A stretch of DNA of 31,266 bases from a virus. Taxonomy: Duplodnaviria > Caudoviricetes. Where the stretch lies: IMG/VR virus record IMGVR_UViG_3300042301_005632, positions 1 to 31,266 of that record. One strand, given 5' to 3'. The translations under genes and the position numbers were made by a program. The notes under the pieces were generated by a model. The model saw only the letters and a list, made by a program, of their open reading frames with translations, was not told the origin of the DNA and made no database searches. Shown piece after piece: positions 1 through 9,357 of this stretch (positions within the stretch are counted from its first letter, which is position 1; each line of letters starts with the position of its first letter).

Positions 1-369
1 GTATTTTCTATATATAAATTCGTGAGCCGAAGTGGGTTGTATATACGTAGGGGAGGATAGGGTTATGTCAACAAGCTGCTTAAGAGGAAAATAATGGAGA
101 AATTCTTTTTTATCTCTACAATATATCTTATCTAATCCTTTTATAAATTTAAATACCTTATCCTCAAATAAATTTTCTTCTACCTCTGTGTGAAAAATAG
201 GTAGTAAATATCCCTTTACATCTCTTATTGGACGGATGTAGATAGCACAGATGGAATTTTGGATTGGGTGAATAAATGGAGAGTATGGAATTATCTCCAC
301 AAACGCTTCTTTAAAACCCTTATAGCAAAACTCCTCTAGTTGACCTTTATTTTCTATTAACCAAAACAC
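1..369 (-). CDS. Partial CDS (5' end, runs off left edge); probable family A DNA polymerase-like phage protein
   Basis: Not in the ORF track. GTG at 369 opens a stop-free 123-codon frame to position 1 (MFWLIENKGQLEEF...IHPIQNSICAIYIRP...DKKEFLHYF). The product call is from recalled resemblance to N-termini of PolA-like proteins in uncultured phages; no catalytic motif lies in the window. Confidence 0.5.
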   Translation of the reverse strand, partial: MFWLIENKGQLEEFCYKGFKEAFVEIIPYSPFIHPIQNSICAIYIRPIRDVKGYLLPIFHTEVEENLFEDKVFKFIKGLDKIYCRDKKEFLHYFPLKQLVDITLSSPTYIQPTSAHEFIYRKY

Positions 370-378
370 TTATTTACC

Positions 379-1050
379 TCATTTGTAGTACTTAAGGTAA
401 TCATCCTTTAAGTATCTGCCAAGCTGTGGTAATTGAAGTCTTTTAGAAGTTAATTCTACTATATTACGATTTATTTTTTCTACTTCTTCTTTAGTACCTG
501 TTAATTTCCAAGGTAAGTTAAAAGGTTCGTATAATGAATATAGATATTGAATATCTTTAACTATTAATTTATCGTAAGTAGCTTTATTAATTTCTAAATA
601 TAATATTTCATTTGTCTTTTTACAAAAGTATCTTCTAAATTCTCCAATTTGATAATCTTGTTCAGTTGGGACTGAAGCTATATAGTAGGGAACTAAAGTA
701 ATGGATTCAGTAAATGTGTTTAGACTTTTTAATTGAGCATAATCTATAGGTGAATTAGAATTATTATTATCGACAATAGTATCTACAGCTTGTAATCTAG
801 GAGAATTAAAAACAGGTGTAGATATGTTTCTTGAAGAGTCAAGTGAGTTTTGAGTTAATCCTATTTGTTGTGAAGAAACAATTTTAATCAGTTCTTGGTT
901 AGGCCTATCATCTGGAGTTCTTCCTGTAAAGTATTGACCTGTACTAGTAGCATAATAATATCCTACATATGGAGCTTGAGTAGCTTGAATAACATACTCA
1001 TCTCCATTTGTATATAGATTAGGTTTTATTTGAGATTTAGGATAATACAT
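379..1050 (-). CDS. Hypothetical virion/baseplate-region protein (223 aa)
   Basis: ORF starting 15 nt after the hub gene; Tyr-rich (MYYPKSQI...PYVGYYY...RYFCKK); last gene of the tail block. Confidence 0.7.
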   Translation of the reverse strand: MYYPKSQIKPNLYTNGDEYVIQATQAPYVGYYYATSTGQYFTGRTPDDRPNQELIKIVSSQQIGLTQNSLDSSRNISTPVFNSPRLQAVDTIVDNNNSNSPIDYAQLKSLNTFTESITLVPYYIASVPTEQDYQIGEFRRYFCKKTNEILYLEINKATYDKLIVKDIQYLYSLYEPFNLPWKLTGTKEEVEKINRNIVELTSKRLQLPQLGRYLKDDYLKYYK

Positions 1051-1065
1051 TTTTATACTTTTTAA

Positions 1066-4000
1066 TTATCTAGGAACTATAGGGGATTTCCATATAAGAT
1101 TATTAAGAGTTTTCCAAGAGCTAGCTGTCGCTGGCTTAAATTTACTACCCCAAGGAGAATTATTTACAGCTACTATAGCAGTGGTAATACCATTTTCATC
1201 CTTTATAGCCTTTATAGCTTTTATAACTTCAGTATAGTAACTAAGGTTTAAAGTATAAATAGTTGCTTTTAATCCCTCTTCTCTAGTAGCATAGTTTCTA
1301 ACATTAGCATAATTGTATATAGGTTCATCAGTTCCAAAAGTTTTTGTTGTATTAAAGGGGTTCCAAGCAGCTTTAGCTCCTTCATGTTGTCTCCAAGATT
1401 TCATAAATTGAATTTGGTATTGATTTGGATTACTAATTCCTAATCCTTTTAATATATCTGTTAAAAAGCTAACAGTTTCTTCTAAAGTAGATTCAACTGA
1501 ACCTCTAAAATATGAATCTGAACCCGAAGAATTTCCACTATCACTACCTGATCTATTATTTCCTGATCCACTACTTTGACCTGTTTGTCTTCTAGATTTA
1601 ACATTTATAGTAGCATCAGATTGGACTGAATTATCTGGGGTCATAATAGTTTCTAATTCTGTAGTCCATATGTTATTTTCAACTTTATGAGCTAATTTAG
1701 AAATAACAAATAACATTGTTTCAGGGTAATTAGAAGGAAGATATGAAGTATCTACTTTAATACCATTAAGTAATTTAAGACCTGAAATTCCATCTAAAGT
1801 AAGTCCTACACTAACTGGGATAAAACCCATAGTGCCTGAACTTTTTTTCTGAGTGACTGCATTTTTAGTTTCTGTGTATTGCATTATATTAGCAAATAAG
1901 CTAGTATAACTTGAAATTTCAGCTTCATTAAGTATAGGAATATTTTTAAGGGTTTTTTCAATACCAATACTTCCTATATAACTTTCAAAATCAGCTAAAG
2001 AATCTTTAAATTGATCTTCAGCACTTTTAGTTTCAATATTAATTGTACTGTCAGCTTTAAAACCCGAAGAGGCAAAGATTTCAGGTTTAATTCTATCTTT
2101 TAAACCACGGTTTAAGGAAGTAAAAGCTGTCGCGTCTTCACCTACTATACCACCTTGGGCAGTAGCTCCAATAGAAATTATTTGAGCAAATTTTGGATCT
2201 AATTTAGATGTAAATCTAAAATTTTTAACAAATCCAGCATAACCCTGAGTTATATTATTTGTTTGGGAATCTCTAAGATAATTATACCCATATATTTGAA
2301 TTACCGGGTCATTAACTGTACTTTTACCTCCTATAGTGTCACTAGTTAGAATATCATTTCTATTAGGAAGAGCAGTTTCATCTATAATTTTAATAGTATT
2401 AGTACTAGTGTCAATAAAAGGTCTAAAAGTATTTATACCTCCTAAAGAAACTGAAAGTTTATTGCAAAGAACTTCTAAAAGAGTATAAATGCTAGTTTGG
2501 TTTTTGGGATCTCCATTAGAATTTATAATTTCTATTATAGTGTCAAAATTAATGTAAATATTCATTATTTGACCTACTTGTGTTTTTGCTATAGTTGTTT
2601 TATAAGGGCTAGCATTTTTAGCAAAATAAAATTCTTGATTTCCATCTTTTGATTTTACTGAGGTGCTAATTAAACAAATATTAGGATCGGCACTAATTTG
2701 CAGATTATTAGTATAACATAAATTAGTATTTACATTATAATCTATATTAATACTAGGGTATAATGTATCTCCTTTTTTTTCTTTAGGGATTAAATTAGTT
2801 TCAATAAATGCTAATAATGTGCCAAATCTAATATAGTATTTAGTTGGACTTTCATTTGAAACATTTTCTCCTGTTTTAGGAGTTTGATAGGTTTGAGAAA
2901 AGAATGATTTGATATCTGATCTATCTGAGGGTGTATAAACCCCAGAATAGTAAACAAAATCCCATTGAATATTAGAATTAGATAGACTATTAAAAATCTG
3001 TTGAACATTATAATATAATCTACCTAAACTTGATGAATCTTTTATAACAGTTGCTGAATTTTTTTCATCTGTTGTAGTAGTAGTGGGAGTTGTTGTTGTG
3101 TTTGAGGTTGAGGGTTTGCCTGTTTTAAAATTAGTATTTTTTATAAATTTTTGTATTTGTACTATTTTTTCGGCATCTGAAGAAGAAGTACCTTTTTTAA
3201 TAAGATCCTCTACTTCTTTATTATTGTTAGTTTGTTGTTGAACTATTTCTTTAAATTCTTCATTAGTTAAAGGTTTAGGTTCAGCTATATCTGTTTTTTC
3301 ACTAACTAAAACAGCAGATTTGATAGATTCAATAATATCACCTTTACTAATTAGTTTAACAGTTATATCATAACCCCCATTTTGGTCAAGAGTCCAATCA
3401 AAATTAGTTACAATACCATAAATAGCATCGTAATTACCGTTTGATTCTAATTTATATTGTTCAATTCTAGAATATATACTATTAGGGTTAAGATTACCTG
3501 CTAAAAATTCTGATTCTAGGGTATATAAATTTTCAGGGACGTAATCTCCATTATTATCAAAATAACTTGTATTACCCCATTCAACTAAAACACTATACCC
3601 TAATCTTAAATAGAGTAAATCTATTATTTCAAATTGAATACGATTATAAGCTTTAATATTGAGTGTAGTAGATTCAATTGAACCATAAGTACCTTGACTT
3701 GTGGTTTGCATAGACATAATACCAGGCATAGGTCTTGCACCAAATTCAGTACCTCCTAAACCATAAGCAAAATCATTTACATATTGATTAGCTCCGGTTA
3801 AAAGTTCTTGAGGGATTCCCGCTCTTAAACCTCCGCCTTCTTTAGAGGTACCATTAAATAAAATAAAATTTTTAGCTAACTTATCCCCACCATAATTAGA
3901 GATAATAGAGGATAATTCGGGTCTAGTATTAATTATAGAACCTGTATTGTAATTTTCAATATCGACTGAGGAAACAGCTTTAACGAAAGAAGTACGACTA

Positions 4001-4110
4001 TTTAAATATAATATTTCTTCAGTCGTTCTATTTATAGAACCATAAATTTTTTGTCTTGTTCTAATTTGGTTTCCTATATTAGTTGGTAAACCCTCTCCTA
4101 CTATATTCAT
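1066..4110 (-). CDS. Baseplate hub-like protein with C-terminal lysozyme-like domain (1014 aa)
   Basis: Follows the LysM gene; hub-like segments (PGIMSM, LRLGYSVLVEWG, WTTELET); a Gly/Ser linker precedes a domain with WRQHEG..WNPFNTT..VRNY..EEGLKATIYTL..SPWG. Confidence 0.65.
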   Translation of the reverse strand: MNIVGEGLPTNIGNQIRTRQKIYGSINRTTEEILYLNSRTSFVKAVSSVDIENYNTGSIINTRPELSSIISNYGGDKLAKNFILFNGTSKEGGGLRAGIPQELLTGANQYVNDFAYGLGGTEFGARPMPGIMSMQTTSQGTYGSIESTTLNIKAYNRIQFEIIDLLYLRLGYSVLVEWGNTSYFDNNGDYVPENLYTLESEFLAGNLNPNSIYSRIEQYKLESNGNYDAIYGIVTNFDWTLDQNGGYDITVKLISKGDIIESIKSAVLVSEKTDIAEPKPLTNEEFKEIVQQQTNNNKEVEDLIKKGTSSSDAEKIVQIQKFIKNTNFKTGKPSTSNTTTTPTTTTTDEKNSATVIKDSSSLGRLYYNVQQIFNSLSNSNIQWDFVYYSGVYTPSDRSDIKSFFSQTYQTPKTGENVSNESPTKYYIRFGTLLAFIETNLIPKEKKGDTLYPSINIDYNVNTNLCYTNNLQISADPNICLISTSVKSKDGNQEFYFAKNASPYKTTIAKTQVGQIMNIYINFDTIIEIINSNGDPKNQTSIYTLLEVLCNKLSVSLGGINTFRPFIDTSTNTIKIIDETALPNRNDILTSDTIGGKSTVNDPVIQIYGYNYLRDSQTNNITQGYAGFVKNFRFTSKLDPKFAQIISIGATAQGGIVGEDATAFTSLNRGLKDRIKPEIFASSGFKADSTINIETKSAEDQFKDSLADFESYIGSIGIEKTLKNIPILNEAEISSYTSLFANIMQYTETKNAVTQKKSSGTMGFIPVSVGLTLDGISGLKLLNGIKVDTSYLPSNYPETMLFVISKLAHKVENNIWTTELETIMTPDNSVQSDATINVKSRRQTGQSSGSGNNRSGSDSGNSSGSDSYFRGSVESTLEETVSFLTDILKGLGISNPNQYQIQFMKSWRQHEGAKAAWNPFNTTKTFGTDEPIYNYANVRNYATREEGLKATIYTLNLSYYTEVIKAIKAIKDENGITTAIVAVNNSPWGSKFKPATASSWKTLNNLIWKSPIVPR

Positions 4111-4115
4111 AACAT

Positions 4116-4415
4116 TTATTGATTTATTAACTTAAACTCACTTACTATTTGTGCAAAATTATTAGGTATACGAATTTGTACACCTTCTGGGATTACTAAT
4201 GAATTAAGTCCAATGTTTGGGTTAGCTATAGAGATAACCCACCATAAAGATGAATCACCATAATAATTTAAAGATAAAATATCATATCTATCTCCTTGAG
4301 TAGTGTAGACATAGATATCATTTTCAGATAAAGGTACTTCAGGATAACGAGATGTTACATAAGCTCGTTTTCCTGAGTCTTCTTTAGTGATTGGAATTCC
4401 TTGATATCTATTCAT
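4116..4415 (-). CDS. LysM-domain baseplate protein (gp53/gpX-like, 99 aa)
   Basis: YTTQGDRYDILSLNYYGDSSLWWVISIANP...IPEGVQIRIP is a typical phage baseplate LysM pattern. Confidence 0.85.
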   Translation of the reverse strand: MNRYQGIPITKEDSGKRAYVTSRYPEVPLSENDIYVYTTQGDRYDILSLNYYGDSSLWWVISIANPNIGLNSLVIPEGVQIRIPNNFAQIVSEFKLINQ

Positions 4416-6202
4416 TAATTATCATAATTAGAAATACCACTAGCGTCATTTAAAGCTATATAACGTTGTGGGCCATAAGTATTCTCGTCAATTAAACTAG
4501 CTTGAGTATTTACATTTTCTACAGTTCTATTAGGATTAATAGTTCCTAAACCTTGTTTACTTGGTACAAATGTATGAATCGGAACAAATGTAAAACTTGT
4601 AACTTTAACCATTTGAGATAATTGCTTAACAGTACCATCAACCCCACCTTCTTCATTTATAGCAATTTCCCAAGGAGCATCGGTAATTAAATCATAAGAC
4701 AAGTCCTGGATAAAGCCAGGTTGTTCATATAGATAACCTCCTACTGTTAATTTAACTAAAGGACCTCTCATATAACCAGATGGACTATAATCTGGAGTTA
4801 ATTGAGAAGCTAAGTAGTTAAGTTTCTTATACATTGGGATAAGTTCCTGCTTTGATTGGGCAGCAACCGTAAAAGATAATGCAACAGTTCTAGTAAAACT
4901 ATCGTAAGTGTAAAAATTTTCACCTCTTCCTAAATACTTTGTACTATTCCAACTAGCATTGTATGAATCATTAAATGAATCTAATAATGCTCTAAAATGC
5001 ATAAATGTACTAAATGCTGGATTATTGTTATCTATAGGGGCAATTACAAATTTTACAAAATCATTTGTAGTTTCAGAAATATCCATTTGGTTACTTCTAT
5101 AGATAGGTAAAGCATTTATTTTATCTACTGCTCCTACTTTAGTTGTAGGGACACCATCACCATCAGTATATTCAACTCCATTAACATAACTTACATAGGA
5201 TTTACCAGCACGTTGGCCAGGATCAGTAAAGTTAAAATTTTGTTCGTAATTTTTAGTTTGATAATTAGGAGTGTCAGGAGTAGCACCTGAATTTTCAGCT
5301 GAACGAAGTGAAGTTCCTGATAGGTTATTTCTTAAGATTTTTCTAAAATCTTGAATTTTAGGGGATCTAAAATTTACTTTATTGTTTACTCCAGCTCCTA
5401 CTGGGGATTGGGTGTCTTCAGTTTCAGTATTTCTAAGTAAATAACTATTATATACCCAAGTATTTTGGCTATATGATGAAGGAATATCATTAGTTCTTTG
5501 TAAAGAGAGGAATGTTTTAGAATCTTTACCAAATCTAATTATAGTTCTACCTACTCCTCTAAAAGAACCAGGACCACCATTATATCTCATAATAAAGGCA
5601 TCATCTGGTCCTTGAGCGTTATTGTTAACCAAACGTCCTCCACTTAATTGGACTAAACGGTTATCTATAATTTCTTGGTTTTTAGTAACTACTATACCAT
5701 ATAAACTGTCATTACCATTAGCATAAGCACCAGTTTCAGCAAATGGGTTTGCTCCTTGTTTATTTAAGTGAGTACCCTGAGAAATAACACCTGCTTGAGC
5801 TAATGTATTTAAAGGATCATAAAGTTGCCCATTTAAACCAAATCTAGGACTAGCTTGGGTTCTAACAGCTGTGGCTGATAGTTGCTCTTGTTTTAAGGTA
5901 AAAAATAAACCATTAGTAGATTTTGTATCTAAAAACATTTTAGTTAGTCTACTAACATCTTGAGCTGAAGTTTGGATGTTATTTAATACTCCTCCTCTTA
6001 AAATATAATCTGATGGATTAGCTGTTAATTCATCAGGGATTGGGGATTTGATATAGGGTTGGTTACTTGAACCTCCTCCTTTAGTGTCATTACCATACGG
6101 AATACTTGTTTGACCAAAAGATGCAGCGTTAGAGACATGGCCCCTACCACCAGCATAAAATCTAAAATTTTGGGGGTCAGTAAGTATTTGTAATAATGAC
6201 AT
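4415..6202 (-). CDS. Tail tube initiator / baseplate protein (gp48/gp54-like, 595 aa)
   Basis: C-terminal tube-like segment (FRALLDSFNDSYNASWNSTKYLGRGENFYTYDSFTRTVALSFTV...GPLVKLTVG); lies between tape measure and LysM genes with TAATG coupling at both ends. Confidence 0.65.
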   Translation of the reverse strand: MSLLQILTDPQNFRFYAGGRGHVSNAASFGQTSIPYGNDTKGGGSSNQPYIKSPIPDELTANPSDYILRGGVLNNIQTSAQDVSRLTKMFLDTKSTNGLFFTLKQEQLSATAVRTQASPRFGLNGQLYDPLNTLAQAGVISQGTHLNKQGANPFAETGAYANGNDSLYGIVVTKNQEIIDNRLVQLSGGRLVNNNAQGPDDAFIMRYNGGPGSFRGVGRTIIRFGKDSKTFLSLQRTNDIPSSYSQNTWVYNSYLLRNTETEDTQSPVGAGVNNKVNFRSPKIQDFRKILRNNLSGTSLRSAENSGATPDTPNYQTKNYEQNFNFTDPGQRAGKSYVSYVNGVEYTDGDGVPTTKVGAVDKINALPIYRSNQMDISETTNDFVKFVIAPIDNNNPAFSTFMHFRALLDSFNDSYNASWNSTKYLGRGENFYTYDSFTRTVALSFTVAAQSKQELIPMYKKLNYLASQLTPDYSPSGYMRGPLVKLTVGGYLYEQPGFIQDLSYDLITDAPWEIAINEEGGVDGTVKQLSQMVKVTSFTFVPIHTFVPSKQGLGTINPNRTVENVNTQASLIDENTYGPQRYIALNDASGISNYDN

Positions 6203-6486
6203 TATCTAGGAGGATTATCAGAATACTTTAAAGGAGTTTTTCCGTTTAAATCTAGTTGTGATGGTTGAGGTAAAGCATTATTATAACCGTCGTTATATTC
6301 GGTATAATCTGCAGTTACTTGATTTTTAAATGAACCATCTAGAGAATATCCGGGTCTACCCCCATCAGCATGTAGTTTAGAAGACTTAGTAGCTAATGGG
6401 TTTATAAAAGGAGTAGTCCCATAGTAGGGGGTAAGATTAGTACCCCCTACAGCATTAGGATTAAGTAATCTTTGTAATAAATCCAT
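6202..6486 (-). CDS. Small hypothetical virion protein (94 aa)
   Basis: ORF coupled by TAATG overlap to the next gene; ends SQLDLNGKTPLKYSDNPPR. Confidence 0.7.
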   Translation of the reverse strand: MDLLQRLLNPNAVGGTNLTPYYGTTPFINPLATKSSKLHADGGRPGYSLDGSFKNQVTADYTEYNDGYNNALPQPSQLDLNGKTPLKYSDNPPR

Positions 6487-6492
6487 AATTTA

Positions 6493-6642
6493 CTATGGAC
6501 GATTTGCTCCATAAGGTTTACGGTCACCGTACTTATTTTTGTCTCCTGAGTTATTATCTCCTCCCTGTGGGGGTTTTCCGTTGTTACCACGTGGGTCGTA
6601 CTTAGAACCATTTTGATTGTAAATTCTGTCGATATCTGGCAT
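6493..6642 (-). CDS. Small hypothetical protein (49 aa), missed by the ORF track
   Basis: ATG at 6642 to TAG at 6493: MPDIDRIYNQNGSKYDPRGNNGKPPQGGDNNSGDKNKYGDRKPYGANRP. It fills the gap between the 14-mer motif and the 94-aa gene. Confidence 0.65.
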   Translation of the reverse strand: MPDIDRIYNQNGSKYDPRGNNGKPPQGGDNNSGDKNKYGDRKPYGANRP

Positions 6643-6686
6643 TTTGTTAAATATTAGGGTTAAACAATTTATTTGTGAATTTAATG

Positions 6687-6700
6687 TTTATTATAAATAT
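6687..6700 (-). promoter_or_regulatory. Putative late promoter ATATTTATAATAAA
   Basis: Exact 14-mer, intergenic, one of four identical copies upstream of structural genes. Confidence 0.7.
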
Positions 6701-6701
6701 G

Positions 6702-9047
6702 TTATTTCATTGGTGTTTTACCCATAGCTGAAAATATAGCTTCACCATCTACAGCTACTGTTACTTGTCTGCTTTGTTCTGTTGCAGAAACTAGTTTTTG
6801 TAAAAGTCCTATCATTTCTTGGTTTGATCCTCCACTTAAGTTAGTACCCCCTGCTATTACTAGTTCATCTTTTGGGTGGGTGCGAATTGTAAAATCGTCA
6901 GCATTTATAGTTCTTCCACTTTCGGCTTGAGCTAGTGTTTTTCTAGCTTCTTCTACACTACTATTAAAAACAGGAATTAAATCATTTGTAAATCCAAATA
7001 ATCCCATTTCTCTGTTAGCAATGTCTTGAAGTTCAGCTATTCGTTCAGGTGATAATTTATTACTTTTTTGTTCTTGAATTTTTTTAGCTTGGGTGGATTG
7101 TTGATCTAATGATTTTACTCCTGAAGTGAACCCTAAAACTTCTAAACTACGTACTAAATCTTCTAAAGTACTTACAAGTCCATCTAAAAGACCACCATCA
7201 ACCACATCAGTAAATATTTCTTTAGCTCTTTCTAAGGCTAAATTAAATTTAGCTTGAGTATCTACTGATTTTTGAGCTTGTTCTAATGATTTACCTTCAA
7301 CAATTCCTTGTTCAATAGCAGCAGCTTCGGCATTTAAACGTTCAGCTTCAAATAAATTACCTTTTTGTTCTTGTAATTTAGCTTGTTCTCTTAATTTTTT
7401 AGTAGTATCACCTGCTACTTGGTCTATAAGTTTAGATTTATATATCATATCAGCCATTTCCTCAACTTGCATGCCATAAGCTGCAGCTATGGCTTCTTGT
7501 TCAGGGCGAGTTTTGGCATTTAAGAATAACTGATCAGCTCCACTTTTTGTAATTTCTTCAGTTAATCCTGCTATATCATTGGTTAAAGCAAAATATCTAG
7601 CTCTATCTAAGTTAAGTTGTTTTCCAGTGAGTAATTCAGCTGTTAATTCAGCTTCAATTGATTGTTCAAAATCAAGTAATGAACCAGCTATTTTATTAAC
7701 TTGATTTAATGATAAACCTAATTTATTAGCTTGTAAAACAGTTTTAACTAATTCAGATGTATTTCCTTTAAAATTAAGAAGAACTTGTTTACTAACACCT
7801 TGTACTTGTTTTAGAATTTGTCTACCATCAGCTACTATTTTATTCTGATTAGCAAAAGCTGCTATTTGATCATATACAATATCTAAACCTTTATCAGCTT
7901 CTACATTATTAACTGCAAATATACCTTGTAAAGCTTGAGCTTCTTCAACTGATTGACCTAATTGGTTAGTTAAAACAATTTGGGTTTCTAATTGTTCTTT
8001 ACTACCTATAGCTGAAAATTCTGTTAAAGTAGCTATTTCACTAAATGCTTTAACTAAATTTTCAGTAGTAGCAAATTCAGTATCTAATGTACCTTTTAAA
8101 TCAGTTAAGTTATCATATATGCCACGAGCTGCTTCTTTTCCTATACTTAGATTTTTAGCTATTTCAGTTACTCGTTTATCAGCAGCAAAACTAGCTTCAA
8201 CAAATAATTCAAATGCTTTTTGTATGGCTTCAGCAGCTATTAGTATTAAGCCAATAGGTCCTAAAGCTGCTTTTAAAGAAGAACCAAACGCTTTAGCTCC
8301 TACACTTAAAGTAGTAAAGGTGCTGGCACCACCTGCTTTGGTAGCTTTCATAGCTTTATTTACAGAATCAAAATCTATTAATTTACCTATACTAGTTTTT
8401 TTTAATCCTGAGAATAAGGTACCGGTTAGGGCTTCTATTTCTTGGGATTGATCAGCCATTCCTTGGAAATTCTTAGCTATATCACCAGTAGCAGTTTCTG
8501 CACCTTTTAAAGCATCATTAATTTCTTGTAAAGCACGTAATTTAGACTTTAAAGTATCTTTATCTGCTTCATTAGCTATTGCTATTTCTTGAGTAACCTT
8601 ATTTATCTCATCTCCTATGTCACGAAGTCTTTGATCAATAGAAAATTGTAAATTTTTAGTATCAGCCACAGCTTTAGCTGCTTGACTATAATCTAATTCA
8701 CCTGTAATAAGATCTTCTTGATATCTAACTAATCTATCTAATAGTTTATTTTCTTCTTTATAGATTCCAACTAATTTTTGAGATAAATCTTTATTCTTTT
8801 CAATGAAAGGTAATTGTTTTTGTAAAGCTTTACCAAATCCATCAGCTTGAAACTTTATTTCAGAATAAATATTTAGTTGTTTTTCTAAATCATTAGTTAT
8901 TTGATCAAGAGATTTACTATATTCATCTATAGAATTAACTAATTCTCTAAAAGCTTTGTTAGTAATATCCTTCGCTATTTTTCCAGCGTTAGTAAGTCTA
9001 TCTCTTAAATTTTTCTCTGCCCTAGATAAATCGTCGTCTATAGCCAT
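6702..9047 (-). CDS. Tail tape measure protein (781 aa)
   Basis: Long helical Ala/Gln/Glu/Leu-rich protein with a central hydrophobic stretch (ALGPIGLILIAAEAI); lies after the chaperone pair and before baseplate genes. Confidence 0.85.
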   Translation of the reverse strand: MAIDDDLSRAEKNLRDRLTNAGKIAKDITNKAFRELVNSIDEYSKSLDQITNDLEKQLNIYSEIKFQADGFGKALQKQLPFIEKNKDLSQKLVGIYKEENKLLDRLVRYQEDLITGELDYSQAAKAVADTKNLQFSIDQRLRDIGDEINKVTQEIAIANEADKDTLKSKLRALQEINDALKGAETATGDIAKNFQGMADQSQEIEALTGTLFSGLKKTSIGKLIDFDSVNKAMKATKAGGASTFTTLSVGAKAFGSSLKAALGPIGLILIAAEAIQKAFELFVEASFAADKRVTEIAKNLSIGKEAARGIYDNLTDLKGTLDTEFATTENLVKAFSEIATLTEFSAIGSKEQLETQIVLTNQLGQSVEEAQALQGIFAVNNVEADKGLDIVYDQIAAFANQNKIVADGRQILKQVQGVSKQVLLNFKGNTSELVKTVLQANKLGLSLNQVNKIAGSLLDFEQSIEAELTAELLTGKQLNLDRARYFALTNDIAGLTEEITKSGADQLFLNAKTRPEQEAIAAAYGMQVEEMADMIYKSKLIDQVAGDTTKKLREQAKLQEQKGNLFEAERLNAEAAAIEQGIVEGKSLEQAQKSVDTQAKFNLALERAKEIFTDVVDGGLLDGLVSTLEDLVRSLEVLGFTSGVKSLDQQSTQAKKIQEQKSNKLSPERIAELQDIANREMGLFGFTNDLIPVFNSSVEEARKTLAQAESGRTINADDFTIRTHPKDELVIAGGTNLSGGSNQEMIGLLQKLVSATEQSRQVTVAVDGEAIFSAMGKTPMK

Positions 9048-9055
9048 AAGGATAT

Positions 9056-9069
9056 TTTATTATAAATAT
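9056..9069 (-). promoter_or_regulatory. Putative late promoter ATATTTATAATAAA
   Basis: Exact 14-mer 8 nt upstream of the tape measure ATG. Confidence 0.7.
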
Positions 9070-9071
9070 CA

Positions 9072-9097
9072 GAAGGCATCACTTTTTGGATGCCTTC
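9072..9097 (-). terminator. 9-bp hairpin over the stop codon of the gp51-like ORF; possible terminator or processing site
   Basis: Perfect inverted repeat GAAGGCATC-N8-GATGCCTTC, but no good U-tract. Confidence 0.4.
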
Positions 9098-9357
9098 GTA
9101 ACATAAGTTGGTGGTTTTATTTTTTTATTTTTAGCTGCGTTTTCTTTAGCTTCACCTGATAGCCAACTATTTTCATTTTTGTTGGATTTAGATTGATCAT
9201 ACCATTCTTTAACTTTATTAAAGGTAAACTTCCTTAACCAAATAGGCATATTATAAATAGTTTCATAGTCATACCCACCTTGACCATGAAATATTATTTC
9301 ATGAATTTGGCTAAATAAAGCCATACGAACTTGAGGGATTATCTCAGATGTCAGGCC
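9079..9357 (-). CDS. gp51-like tail/baseplate assembly chaperone segment; probably reached by frameshift from the upstream gene (alternative own ATG at 9324)
   Basis: YETIYNMPIWLRKF resembles the gp51/GT-type motif; its frame overlaps the end of the 240-aa gene across a T7 run. Confidence 0.65.
   Translation of the reverse strand, partial: GLTSEIIPQVRMALFSQIHEIIFHGQGGYDYETIYNMPIWLRKFTFNKVKEWYDQSKSNKNENSWLSGEAKENAAKNKKIKPPTYVTKASKK

Noticed and set aside
40-71. Perfect TTGACA -35 box on the minus strand
   Set aside because: It lies inside the open 1-369 frame and has no properly spaced -10 element.
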